Assembly (NCBI GenBank): GCA_963698425.1
Contig: CAVOQR010000006.1
Span: 129,355 to 193,354, forward strand
DNA length: 64,000 nt
Direction: 5' to 3'
Source of the DNA: an uncultured Gammaproteobacteria bacterium
Lineage (GTDB): Bacteria > Pseudomonadota > Gammaproteobacteria > Steroidobacterales > Woeseiaceae
Shown: positions 43,787 through 54,013 of the stretch, piece by piece
Position numbering within the stretch: the first letter of the stretch is position 1
Layout: every line of letters starts with the position of its first letter
Made by a program: the position numbers and the translations under genes
The notes under the pieces: generated by a model
The model's input: the letters and a program-made list of their open reading frames with translations, nothing else
The model's database searches: none
Told to the model about the DNA's origin: nothing

Positions 43787-45036
43787 TGGCGAATATCGAA
43801 GCTGAAGTCGGCAAGTCCGGCAAGGGACTGATGAAGTGGATTGACGATCGTTTTCCGTTCACGAAAACGATGGAAAAGCACGTCACCAAGTATTACGCCT
43901 CAAAGAACTTCAACTGGTGGTACGTATTTGGCGTGCTGGCATTCGTCGTGCTGTTCATCCAGTTGTTTACCGGCATTTTCCTGACGATGAACTACAAGCC
44001 CGCATCAGCGGATGCGTTCGCCTCGGTCGAATACATCATGCGTGATGTCGAGTGGGGATGGCTGATTCGCTACATGCATTCCACGGGCGCATCGTTCTTC
44101 TTTGTTGTCGTCTACCTGCATATGTTCCGCGCGATGCTGTACGGCTCATACAAAAAGCCTCGCGAACTGATCTGGCTCATCGGCATGATGATCTTCTTCG
44201 TGTTGATGGCCGAGGCCTTCGCGGGCTACCTGTTGCCCTGGGGGCAGATGTCCTACTGGGGTGCGCAGGTCATCATCTCGCTATTCGGTGCGATTCCGGT
44301 GGTCGGTGATGCACTGGTGGAAATCATCCGTGGTGACTATTCCATCTCGGACATCACGCTGAACCGCTTCTTCGCATTGCATGTCATTGCGCTGCCGCTG
44401 GCCCTGATCGGCCTCGTGTTTGTGCACATCGTGGCACTGCATGAAGTCGGCTCGAATAATCCCGACGGTATCGAGATCAAGAAGAACAAGGGTCCGGATG
44501 GCGTGCCGGTAGATGGCATTGCGTTTCACCCGTACCACACCACCAAGGACCTGGTTGCAATCATCGTGTTCCTGATGATCTTCTCCTCGGTTGTGTTCTT
44601 TGCACCTGAGATGGGTGGTTACTTCCTCGAGCACGCCAACTTCGAACCAGCCAACGTGTCCGCGACGCCGGAGCACATTGCGCCGGTCTGGTATTTCACG
44701 CCGTTCTACGCGATTTTGCGCGCCGTGCCTGACAAGCTGCTCGGATTTATCCTGTTCGGATTGTCGGTAGTCTTGCCGGTGTTCCTGCCGTGGCTGGACA
44801 AGGCGAGAGTGCGCTCCATTCGCTACCGCGGCTGGATGTACAAGACGGCATTAAGCGTGTTCGTCGTGACCTTCGTGACGCTCGGGTGGTTGGGTACACA
44901 ACCCGCGACTGATGCCTACGTGTTGATGGCGCGCGTGTTCTCGGTGCTGTATTTCCTGTTCTTCCTCCTGATGCCTTGGTACACATCAATAGACAAGACC
45001 AAGCCGGTTCCGGAAAGGGTGGTCTACCATGGATAA
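43786..45036 (+). CDS. petB: Cytochrome b
   Basis: 416 aa with the conserved WWYVFG, RYMHSTGASFFF and PEWYF-like (PVWYFTPFYAILR) motifs. Confidence 0.95.
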   Translation: MANIEAEVGKSGKGLMKWIDDRFPFTKTMEKHVTKYYASKNFNWWYVFGVLAFVVLFIQLFTGIFLTMNYKPASADAFASVEYIMRDVEWGWLIRYMHSTGASFFFVVVYLHMFRAMLYGSYKKPRELIWLIGMMIFFVLMAEAFAGYLLPWGQMSYWGAQVIISLFGAIPVVGDALVEIIRGDYSISDITLNRFFALHVIALPLALIGLVFVHIVALHEVGSNNPDGIEIKKNKGPDGVPVDGIAFHPYHTTKDLVAIIVFLMIFSSVVFFAPEMGGYFLEHANFEPANVSATPEHIAPVWYFTPFYAILRAVPDKLLGFILFGLSVVLPVFLPWLDKARVRSIRYRGWMYKTALSVFVVTFVTLGWLGTQPATDAYVLMARVFSVLYFLFFLLMPWYTSIDKTKPVPERVVYHG

Positions 45037-45793
45037 ACTCAACATGATCGCCAGGCTGGCGCTGACAGGCGCATTGCTGCTGTCGACACATAGTTTTGCC
45101 GCCGGGGGTGCCGCTACCGAGCACGCCAATATCGATCCGGGCAACATTGCGTCGTTGCAGCGTGGCGCGGGCAATTTCATGAACTATTGCTCGGGCTGTC
45201 ATTCGGCCCAGTACGTGCGCTTTTCGACCATCGGCAAACACCTCGAATTGTCGGATGAGCAACTCGTAGACAATCTCATGTTCAATGCGCAAAAGACCTT
45301 TGAGACCATCAAGGTTTCGATGCCTGCCAAGGACTCCGCGCGCTGGTTTGGTAAAACGCCGCCAGACCTGTCGCTGATGGCCAGGGCCAAGGGCGCTGAC
45401 TACATTTACAGCTTCCTGAAGGGCTTCTACGTCGAGGAAGGCAGTCCAACCGGCGTCAATAATACGGTGCTGGCCGGCACAAGCATGCCGCATGTTCTCT
45501 GGGAGCTACAGGGTTTCAACAAAGCGAAATTTGTTGAACATTCAGAGACCAATGCAAAAGGTGATACGACCACCAGTGTCGTTTTTGAGGGTTTTGAACC
45601 GCTGACAGAGGGTTCACTGAGCGCTGAGGAGTATGACGAGTTTGTTCGCGATACCGTGAATTTCCTGTCGTACATCGCTGAGCCGATGCGTGCCGAGAGG
45701 CGCAAACTCGGAGTCTGGGTGCTGATATTCCTGAGCATCTTCCTGATACTCGCAATCGCCTTGAAGAAAGAATTTTGGCGAGACGTCCACTAA
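45029..45793 (+). CDS. petC: Cytochrome c1
   Basis: 254 aa. Signal peptide, haem site CSGCHS and a C-terminal membrane anchor. Confidence 0.9.
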   Translation: MDKLNMIARLALTGALLLSTHSFAAGGAATEHANIDPGNIASLQRGAGNFMNYCSGCHSAQYVRFSTIGKHLELSDEQLVDNLMFNAQKTFETIKVSMPAKDSARWFGKTPPDLSLMARAKGADYIYSFLKGFYVEEGSPTGVNNTVLAGTSMPHVLWELQGFNKAKFVEHSETNAKGDTTTSVVFEGFEPLTEGSLSAEEYDEFVRDTVNFLSYIAEPMRAERRKLGVWVLIFLSIFLILAIALKKEFWRDVH

Positions 45794-45823
45794 TAACAAT
45801 AATCTTAAAGTGAGGATTGCAAG

Positions 45824-46453
45824 ATGGCAGTAATAGCCAATCGGCGCTCTGTAATGACGCTGTTTTCTCGACCGACCGACATTCACAGCCACAGAACACG
45901 ACTCGTTCTGGCTGAAAAGAACATCAACATTGAGATCGCCAACGTGGCAGGTCCGGAGTTGCCGGAGGACCTGATGGACCTCAATCCGTACCATACGGTG
46001 CCGACTCTGGTTGATCGTGATCTCACGCTGTATGACTCGCGTGTGATCATTGAATACCTGGATGAGCGCTTTCCACATCCGCCACTGATGCCTGTCGATC
46101 CGGTCACCCGGGCGCAGTTCCGGCTCGCTCTGTTCCGTATCGAGACGGACTGGTATTCGCTGGCAGAAGAGAGTGAGACCAATGGCGATGGCAAGCTCAG
46201 CGCGAAGTCTCGCAAGCTGTTACGCGAAAGCATTCTGCAAAGCGCTGAGATTTTTGGTGCGCGGACGCATTTTCTCGCCGATGAATTCTCCCTCGTGGAC
46301 TGCACGATCGCGCCGCTGTTATGGCGCTTGCCGGTCTACGGTATTGAGCTCGGCAGCGAGGCAGAAGCAATTGAGGATTATATGCAGCGCGTGTTTTCAC
46401 GGCGTTCGTTCCAGCAAAGCCTGACAGAGCTGGAACAGGAAATGAGAATGTAG
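45824..46453 (+). CDS. sspA: Stringent starvation protein A
   Basis: 209 aa, GST-like. The sequence MTLFSRPTDIHSHRTRLVLAEKNI... is typical of SspA. Confidence 0.9.
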   Translation: MAVIANRRSVMTLFSRPTDIHSHRTRLVLAEKNINIEIANVAGPELPEDLMDLNPYHTVPTLVDRDLTLYDSRVIIEYLDERFPHPPLMPVDPVTRAQFRLALFRIETDWYSLAEESETNGDGKLSAKSRKLLRESILQSAEIFGARTHFLADEFSLVDCTIAPLLWRLPVYGIELGSEAEAIEDYMQRVFSRRSFQQSLTELEQEMRM

Positions 46454-46533
46454 CCGGCTTATGTCATCTTCGCCGCAACGCGGCTGAGAAGTGCTAACAT
46501 CGCTGCAACAACAACTACGCCAGTCCTGCCAAC

Positions 46534-46935
46534 GTGACCAACTCGACTCGTTCTAAACGGCCGTACCTGATTCGTGCGATGCATGAATGGATGGGTGACA
46601 ACGGTCACACCCCCCATATTGTGGTTGATGCCCGGATGGACGGTGTCAGCGTGCCCACCGAGCACGTCAAGAATGGCAAGATCATTCTAAACATCAGTGA
46701 CTCTGCGGCGCATAACCTGAAGATGGGCAACGACGCCGTGAGCTTTCGTGCGCGTTTTAGCGGCGTACCGTTTGATGTGTGGGTGCCGATGGGATCCGTG
46801 CTCGGCATCTACGCACGCGAGACCGGTCAGGGCATGATCTTCTCGCACGATGCCGAGACCTCCGAGCCCGTTGCCGAAGTGGCCGAGTCCAACGACGACA
46901 CGCGCTCCAGACCGCATCTCAGAATCGTCAAGTAA
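46534..46935 (+). CDS. sspB: Stringent starvation protein B (ClpXP adaptor)
   Basis: 133 aa with a GTG start, RPYLIRAMHEWMGDNGHTPHIVVDA and a C-terminal ...RPHLRIVK ClpX-binding tail. Confidence 0.85.
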   Translation: MTNSTRSKRPYLIRAMHEWMGDNGHTPHIVVDARMDGVSVPTEHVKNGKIILNISDSAAHNLKMGNDAVSFRARFSGVPFDVWVPMGSVLGIYARETGQGMIFSHDAETSEPVAEVAESNDDTRSRPHLRIVK

Positions 46936-46984
46936 CGCTGCACCTTACGCGGCCGCGCCAGTTTCTAAGTACCTCGACGACTGA

Positions 46985-47608
<624 letters not shown>

Positions 47609-47622
47609 CTAGCAGTCTTTGT

Positions 47623-48009
47623 TCATAGTGATGAATCATGTGGCCGGAATGCGTCCTGTATCCAGGTCAGTTTTCGCGCGCCATCGCTATTCTGGTCGAC
47701 ACCGACAATATCGAAGCGCATGACGCGATTCGCGTGCTGCGGCTGGCCGGCGATAAACATTGCGGCGGTCTTGATGATCTTCCTGCGCTTCTGCGCATCA
47801 ACAGAGAAGCGTGCCGCTACCCGCCGCCGCGCGGACCGAAAGCGCACTTCGACAAATACCAGCTGCGCGTCGTCGAGCATGATCAGGTCGATTTCACCGA
47901 AGCGGCAATAGAAATTTCGCTCGATGGTGCAAAGACCACTGCCGGTGAGGTGCTGCTCGGCCAGGCGTTCTGCGCCGAATCCTACAGCTCGCGTGGTTCT
48001 TCGTACCAT
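47623..48009 (-). CDS. yraN: UPF0102 family endonuclease-like protein YraN
   Basis: 128 aa with GEIDLIM...VFVEVRFR, the family signature. Confidence 0.8.
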   Translation of the reverse strand: MVRRTTRAVGFGAERLAEQHLTGSGLCTIERNFYCRFGEIDLIMLDDAQLVFVEVRFRSARRRVAARFSVDAQKRRKIIKTAAMFIAGQPQHANRVMRFDIVGVDQNSDGARKLTWIQDAFRPHDSSL

Positions 48010-49946
48010 GGCGTCGCATCGTCATCGGATTGCGGCGCCTGTTCGAGGAATTCCACCGGGATTCCGCTGTCTTCAAGCTCCGGCAATGCGTGCGCTTCGC
48101 CCCCACGGAACTCGGCCCAGGCCAGCTTGCGGTGCACTTTACCTTCGCTGTCGAGGAACAGTGAGCCGGTTGCTCCCCTGAGTTCGTCCATTCTGCCGCC
48201 ACGGGCGGCGTAAATTTCAGCGATCAGGTTGTACGCGTCGTAGCCCATGGCATGCAGTCGTCCCAGGCGCCGTTGTTCGGGCCAGTACTCGGAATACATC
48301 GAGGGCAGGCTCTCAATCCAGGTTGGAGGATCGATGAGCCAGGGAGTGTCGGCAAAGCGAATGCCGTTAAGGTCACTATTGGAGCGACCGTCAAGCGCGT
48401 TGATTGAAGACGTCGCATAAACCTGCAGGTCGCCAGAATAATGGAATTTTAGCTGTGACTTCAGCAGGCGCCCCGCCGAGGCATCGGCCGCCATGAAGAT
48501 GAACTCGGCATCCTGGCGCCGCCGCGGGTCAAACTGCAGCGGGCCGCCCAGATTGGCGCGCAGGCGCTGGTAACGCCGCACGCTGCCGGAGAGGCCCATA
48601 AGGTCCTCGATTTCGGGCGAGAAGTCCTGTTTGCCGGGTGTGTAGCTGCGGTAATCGATAACCGTACCGCCGAGGCCTTCAAACTCCGTCGTAAATGCAC
48701 TCAGCAGGCGTCGGCCCCAGTCGTTGTTCGGCACCAGCGCGACCGCCCGCGTATGGCCCTCTCCGATAGCACGAACGGCGGCGGAGATGGCCTCATCCTC
48801 CGGTGCCAGCGCGAACTGGTACAGACCGGGAGGCGCCAGCGACGTCTCCGGCAGGTAGTTGAGAGTCAGCACCGGCACGGGAACCAGGATGTCGTTGGCG
48901 AGCTCTACGACGTCCTTCTTCATTAGCGGCCCGACAACAAATTCTGCACCGTCGGCAACGGCGGCTGCGTAGGCGGCACTCGCGCCGCCTTCGGCACTAA
49001 CGTCATAAACACGGATGTTCTGCCGATCATCCAGCCCTGCGGCAGTCGCGAAGTACGCACCGATAAAGCCATTCTGTACTGCTTCGCCAACGCGCGCTGT
49101 CGGGCCCGACAGCGGCAACAGCAACGCGATCTGTCTTGGGTAGTCGAGCAGTAATTCTCCCGGGTCCGCCAGATCGCCGAGTATCGTCATGGCTGGGTGA
49201 TTGCTGTTCGCCTCACGCCAGCGAGCGACGCCGTTGTTCCATGCGACACCCTGCTGCCCGGTTGATGCCGCCAGTGAGCCCAGGCTTAACCAGCCCCTGA
49301 TCTCGGGATCGAGACTGTCCTCCGCGGCCCTTCTAAGGACCTGCGCGTCACTGACCTGCAGTCCGCGCCAAAGCCGCTCACGGTTCTGTTGCACGCTGCT
49401 GGCGCTGTCGAGCCAGGTTTCGCGCTGCCGCATCAGTTCAACGGCGCGCACAGGGTCGCGTTTTTGAAAGAACGCATCGGCGCGCAGTGCTTCGACGCGC
49501 AGCCTGGTGGATTGCGGAATCGCCGAGTTGCTCATCGGATCGAGAATGGCGAGTGCTTCGTCGGCCTTCCCTGCATACAGCAACAACGTGGCGCGGTTGG
49601 TGTTCCAGGTGCCCAGCGAGGTGCCGCCGGCCGGTCGCGATACGGTGGCCGAAGCATTCCTGGCGCGGGCGACGTCGCCGGCATCGAGCCACTGTTCCAC
49701 GGCAAGCAACGTCAGGCGGTCGCGCTCGGCGCCGCTGCTGGCGCTCGCCAGGCCAATGTATTCGCTGGCGGCGTCCGCATGCCGGCCGTCAGTGGCGAGG
49801 CGCTCGGCGCGTGCTTCACCGGAGAGTCCGGACATGCTGCTGAAACCGGTCGTCTCGCAGGCGGTCAGCGTGAACAGCATCAGCAGAAGACCGGCGAAGC
49901 TTGCCAGTGAGCGAGCAACAGAGGCAGGATGTTCGTGATTCATCAT
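47982..49946 (-). CDS. lpoA: Penicillin-binding protein activator LpoA (outer-membrane lipoprotein)
   Basis: Start moved to MMNHEHPA... (49946), giving 654 aa. Lipobox LTAC, an N-terminal TPR-like region and a C-terminal periplasmic-binding-protein-like domain. Confidence 0.8.
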   Translation of the reverse strand: MMNHEHPASVARSLASFAGLLLMLFTLTACETTGFSSMSGLSGEARAERLATDGRHADAASEYIGLASASSGAERDRLTLLAVEQWLDAGDVARARNASATVSRPAGGTSLGTWNTNRATLLLYAGKADEALAILDPMSNSAIPQSTRLRVEALRADAFFQKRDPVRAVELMRQRETWLDSASSVQQNRERLWRGLQVSDAQVLRRAAEDSLDPEIRGWLSLGSLAASTGQQGVAWNNGVARWREANSNHPAMTILGDLADPGELLLDYPRQIALLLPLSGPTARVGEAVQNGFIGAYFATAAGLDDRQNIRVYDVSAEGGASAAYAAAVADGAEFVVGPLMKKDVVELANDILVPVPVLTLNYLPETSLAPPGLYQFALAPEDEAISAAVRAIGEGHTRAVALVPNNDWGRRLLSAFTTEFEGLGGTVIDYRSYTPGKQDFSPEIEDLMGLSGSVRRYQRLRANLGGPLQFDPRRRQDAEFIFMAADASAGRLLKSQLKFHYSGDLQVYATSSINALDGRSNSDLNGIRFADTPWLIDPPTWIESLPSMYSEYWPEQRRLGRLHAMGYDAYNLIAEIYAARGGRMDELRGATGSLFLDSEGKVHRKLAWAEFRGGEAHALPELEDSGIPVEFLEQAPQSDDDATPWYEEPREL

Positions 49947-49963
49947 CGTTACGTTAATTCTCA

Positions 49964-50812
49964 ATGCAAGGAATCGTCGTGAGCGGCACGTTGTACGTTG
50001 TGGCAACGCCAATTGGCAATCTTGACGATCTGACGCCGCGTGCGCGCCAGACGCTCGCCGCTGTGGACCTGATTGCTGTCGAGGATACCCGCCACTCTGG
50101 CCGATTGCTATCGCATATCGGCGTGAAAACACGACTTTTGGCATTGCATGATCACAACGAAGAGCAGGTGCTCGGCAAGGTCATTGAGGTGCTGCAGGCG
50201 GGTGAGTCGGTGGCTCTGATCAGCGATGCGGGTACCCCTTTGCTCAGTGATCCCGGGTATCGGCTGGTGCAGGCGGCACACGCCAACGGCGTACCGGTCT
50301 CACCGATTCCAGGCGCCAGCGCCCTGACCACGGCGCTCTGTGCCGCGGGCCTGCCGACAGACCGGTTTTGTTTCGAGGGCTTCGCGCCGGCAAAGAAGAT
50401 GGCACGCCGGCAATGGCTGGAGAACCTCTCGACGGAACGCAGGACGATCGTCATGTATGAATCGGTGCATCGCATTGCCGACTCGCTCGCCGATATGGTG
50501 GACATATTTGGCGCCGATCGCGACGCCTTTGTCGGCCGGGAACTGACAAAAATTCACGAGCAATGCGTTCAGGATACGCTCGGCGGAATACTCGCCGCTG
50601 TCGAGTCGGGCGACATCGTGAGTAAAGGCGAGTTCGTTGTCGTGGTCGCAGGTGCCGAGCAGCAGGCCGAATCGAGCATCGACGTTGAGCGCTTGCTGCG
50701 CGCGCTGGCGGACAAACTGTCGGCGAAGGACGCAGCCCGAATCGTGGCTGACGTGACCGGCGAAAAGAAGAACGCACTGTACGAACGGCTGCTGAAAATG
50801 CGCGAGGACTAG
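49964..50812 (+). CDS. rsmI: 16S rRNA (cytidine1402-2'-O)-methyltransferase
   Basis: 282 aa with GTLYVVATPIGNLDDLTPRA and SDAGTPLLSDPG, divergent from lpoA. Confidence 0.9.
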   Translation: MQGIVVSGTLYVVATPIGNLDDLTPRARQTLAAVDLIAVEDTRHSGRLLSHIGVKTRLLALHDHNEEQVLGKVIEVLQAGESVALISDAGTPLLSDPGYRLVQAAHANGVPVSPIPGASALTTALCAAGLPTDRFCFEGFAPAKKMARRQWLENLSTERRTIVMYESVHRIADSLADMVDIFGADRDAFVGRELTKIHEQCVQDTLGGILAAVESGDIVSKGEFVVVVAGAEQQAESSIDVERLLRALADKLSAKDAARIVADVTGEKKNALYERLLKMRED

Positions 50813-50850
50813 CGGGCTTTTTTTCTCGATAAGTGCGAGTATTGACCGCC

Positions 50851-52657
50851 ATGAGCCTGTTCGACGAACTCAAGAGACGAAACGTATTCCGCGTCGCGGT
50901 TGCTTACATTATTGTCGGCTGGATCCTGCTGCAGGTTGCGGAAAATCTCGGTCCGGCATTGCACCTTCCCGAATGGCTGCACTCCGGCGTGGCGTTTGTC
51001 ATCATTCTCGGCTTCCCGCTGGCGCTCCTGTTTGCCTGGGCATTCGAGATGACGCCCGAAGGCATCAAGCGTGAGAAAGACGTTGATCGTGACGAGTCGA
51101 TAACAGGCCAGACGGGGCAGAAGCTCAACGGTGTCATCGCCGGCCTGCTGGTTCTTGCGGTTGCCTATATTATCTACGACACGTTTATCGCCGCCGACGA
51201 GCCGTCGCCGCCAGCGGCGGTGAGCGCCGACGTTGCCGCCGAACAAACTACGCCGACGCCGCCGGTCGACACACAGCCGGCCAGTAACACGATCGCGGTA
51301 CTGCCATTTCTTAACATGAGTGATGACGCCGACAACGAGTATTTCGCGGACGGCATCACTGAAGAGTTGCTGAACCTGCTGGCGAAAATTCCGGAGCTGC
51401 GCGTTACGTCGCGTTCATCTTCCTTCTCTTTCAAGGGACAGGTTCCTGATATTCCGACCGTTGCCGAGAAGCTCGGCGTGGCACATGTGCTGGAAGGCAG
51501 CGTCCGCAAGGCAGGTAACAAGGTGCGCATTACCGCGCAGCTGATCGAAGCGGCGACGGATACGCACCTGTGGTCGGAAACCTATGATCGCGAGCTGACC
51601 GATATCTTCGCGGTGCAGGATGAAATATCTGCAACCGTGGTTGAGCAGCTGCATGTCACCTTGCTGGGTGAGCAGCCGAAGGCTAGGGTTGCGAAGATCG
51701 AGGCTTACAATTTGTATCTGCAAGGGCTTTACGCATCGAAGCAGGGCGATAACAACGCCTGGCGAGCGGCTCGAGACCTGGCGCGGCAGTCCATCGAAAT
51801 TGACCCGGAATATGCGCCGGCATGGGTCCTGCTGGCAATATCGCTCAGAGACGCCGCAAATGCAGGCTTCATTGATCTGCATGCCGGCACAACGGAGGCG
51901 CGAGCCGCAATAGACCGTGCGATCGAACTCGACCCGGGCAATGTGCGGGCCTGGTCTTGGCTGGCCTATATCCAGATGGTGTATGACTTCGATTGGCAGC
52001 GGGCCTACGAATCGGCGCAGGAGCTGGTGCGATTCAATGCGGCCGACAGTGTCCGCGCTGATAATGGCGGCCAACGTGCAGCGCGCTCTCGGCGATATCG
52101 AGGGCGCAATCAGGCTGGCCAACAGGGGGGTGGCGGCTGACCCGTTGAACTACCCTTACATGGGAACCACCACGGTCAACCTGGTGATGGCCCGTGACTA
52201 TCCTGCGGCCGAGCAGGAGTACTTGCGCTACCTTGAATTGGTGCCGGACGCTCGCGCCGCGCGTGCGCGCATGGCGTTCTGGGTCCTGTTGCCACAGGGC
52301 AGGGTCGAGGAAGCCGACGTGTTCGCACAGTCCTCGCCGTATGAAAACCACCGCGCGACGGCAGAGGCCATGGTTGCGCATGCGCTTGGGCAGCAACAGC
52401 GCTCCGATGCTGCCAAGCAAGTGCTCGTCGAAAAGTACCCGGACCAAATGGCTTATCAGGTCGCGGAAGTCTGTGCTTATCGTGGCGAAATCGACGAAGC
52501 GTTTGCATGGCTACAGAGGGCATACGAAACCAAAGACGGCGGCATTTCCTACATCATGATCGATCCCATACTGGATGTTCTTCACGAGGATCCTCGCTGG
52601 GAACCGTTGCTGGAAGAGATCGGGCTGTTGCCGTACTGGAAAAAGAACATCCTCTAG
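50851..52657 (+). pseudogene. Membrane-anchored TolB-N-like / TPR repeat protein with a +1 frameshift
   Basis: ORFs 50833-52140 (frame 1) and 51917-52657 (frame 2) join near 52053 (...ELVRFNAADSV | ALIMAANVQRALGD...). N-terminal MSLFDELKRRNVFRVAVAYIIVGWILLQV, then IAVLPFLNMSDDADNEYFADGITEEL, then TPR repeats. Confidence 0.6.
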
Positions 52658-53127
52658 AGCCAGCGCCGCACTCGGCGCGCATAGGCCGGAAAGCGGGTCG
52701 CAAAGCTCGCGCGCATTTTCTCTTCTTCATACGGGCAGAACGAGTGGTCGATAATCGCGAAAAAAAGGATGGCTGCGACGTAGTGGAAAACACTGCCGGT
52801 TATTAGCGCAACCGCCAGCAGCATAAGCACGATGCCGAGGTACATCGGGTTGCGCGTCCACGCATAAACATCGTTTGTTATCAGCGTCGTTGTCTGTGCC
52901 GTCGGGCAGATCGCCGTGTTTGCCTGTTTGAACAACCACCATGCTCTGAGCATAAGCAGGAATCCGCTTGCGCCGACGATCGCGGCGGCTGGCAATGACG
53001 CTGCAAGGTCGATCGTAATGTTGCCAAACACGAGGTTCAATGCGCTTGCAACAATCAGCAGCACAAATGCAATGCGTGGCGGTTTGTAATTCAGGATGTG
53101 GGGGCAGGGTAGTGTCGATGTATGCAT
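52654..53127 (-). CDS. Isoprenylcysteine carboxyl methyltransferase (ICMT)/phospholipid methyltransferase family membrane protein
   Basis: 157 aa with 4 TM helices and TRNPMYLG, 9 nt downstream of the marR-type gene. Confidence 0.7.
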   Translation of the reverse strand: MHTSTLPCPHILNYKPPRIAFVLLIVASALNLVFGNITIDLAASLPAAAIVGASGFLLMLRAWWLFKQANTAICPTAQTTTLITNDVYAWTRNPMYLGIVLMLLAVALITGSVFHYVAAILFFAIIDHSFCPYEEEKMRASFATRFPAYARRVRRWL

Positions 53128-53136
53128 GTTCTTGTC

Positions 53137-53562
53137 CTAACGCAGTTGATCGTAAAGTGAGCGAAGAGTGGTGTTTGTGGTCAGCAGGTCGGAAGCGGCA
53201 ACGTTTTCGAACAGGCGGTCGAGTTGTTCTGTTTCGTTGCGTCGAATCTCTGCAAACGTCGCGCGTCCGAGGTCGCTGAGTGCCATAAGCGGCGAACGCT
53301 TGTGGCGCGGGTTTGCTTCCGCTTCAAGCAGTCCTTTTTGCAGCAGGCCATTCACAGTGACCTGCACGTGCTGGCGCGACACCTGGTAGCGGGTCGCAAT
53401 CTCCGGGACTGTGAGTTTGTTGTCTGCAAAGAGAAACTCCATGACTGCGCGATCAGCGGCTGTGAGGCCTGCGCTGTGCAGGTATGCATCGGCCAGCGAC
53501 GCCATCGCCCGGAACAGGCGACGAATCAGCCAGGTCGTTTCATAGGCTTTATCGCGATCCAA
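53137..53562 (-). CDS. MarR-family transcriptional regulator
   Basis: 141 aa with a winged-helix core LTVPEIATRYQVSRQHVQVTVNGLLQKGLL. TTG start 5 nt after GGAGG. Confidence 0.85.
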   Translation of the reverse strand: MDRDKAYETTWLIRRLFRAMASLADAYLHSAGLTAADRAVMEFLFADNKLTVPEIATRYQVSRQHVQVTVNGLLQKGLLEAEANPRHKRSPLMALSDLGRATFAEIRRNETEQLDRLFENVAASDLLTTNTTLRSLYDQLR

Positions 53563-53574
53563 GACACCCTCCAG

Positions 53575-53621
53575 TTGACAATTAGGTTGTCAACTTACGA
53601 TATTGACAAGTAGCTTGTCAA
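53575..53621. promoter_or_regulatory. Two perfect 19-bp palindromes, TTGACAA-N5-TTGTCAA (putative MarR operators)
   Basis: Copies at 53575-53593 (TTGACAATTAGGTTGTCAA) and 53603-53621 (TTGACAAGTAGCTTGTCAA), centres 28 bp apart. They lie in the 84-bp gap between the marR-type start codon and rnpB. Confidence 0.6.
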
Positions 53622-53632
53622 TATTATTCGTG

Positions 53633-53638
53633 TAGAAT
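53633..53638 (+). promoter_or_regulatory. Candidate -10 element (TAGAAT) for rnpB
   Basis: TAGAAT ends 8 nt before the first base of the extended P1 helix (53647). No good -35 is present at 16-18 bp. Confidence 0.4.
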
Positions 53639-53646
53639 CCGCCGCC

Positions 53647-54013
53647 GAGAGGGCCGGAGTTGGCCAGACGACCGCTGTAGTTCGCTATGGAGGAAAGTCC
53701 GGGCTCCTTCGGACAGGGCGCCAGGTAACGCCTGGAGGGCGTGAGCCCATGGAAAGTGCCACAGAAAATATACCGCCGGGCTTGCCCGGTAAGGGTGAAA
53801 AGGTGCGGTAAGAGCGCACCGCGCGACTGGTAACAGCTCGCGGCACGGTAAACCCCGCCCGGAGCAAGACCAAATAGGGGAGTGCGGGCCTTGTGCCCAC
53901 CGTCGGTTCCGAACGGACTCCCGGGTAGGTTGCTTGAGGCAGTTGGTGACAGCTGTCCCAGATGAATGGTCGTCGACGACAGAACCCGGCTTATTGCCGG
54001 CTCCGGCTCTCTC
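53647..54013 (+). ncRNA. rnpB: RNase P RNA, bacterial type A
   Basis: Universally conserved GGAGGAAAGTCCGGGCTCC (from 53689) and ACAGAACCCGGCTTA (53979-53993). Also GGTAACGCCTGG, GGGTGAAA, GTGCGGTAAGAGCGCACCG, CCGGAGCAAG, CAAATAGGGG and AGATGAATG, in the E. coli M1 order. The ends are set by an 18-bp terminal helix, 53647-53664 pairing with 53996-54013. Confidence 0.92.

Noticed and set aside
50801-50824. T7 run after rsmI as an intrinsic terminator
   Set aside because: I could not find a stable GC-rich stem immediately upstream.
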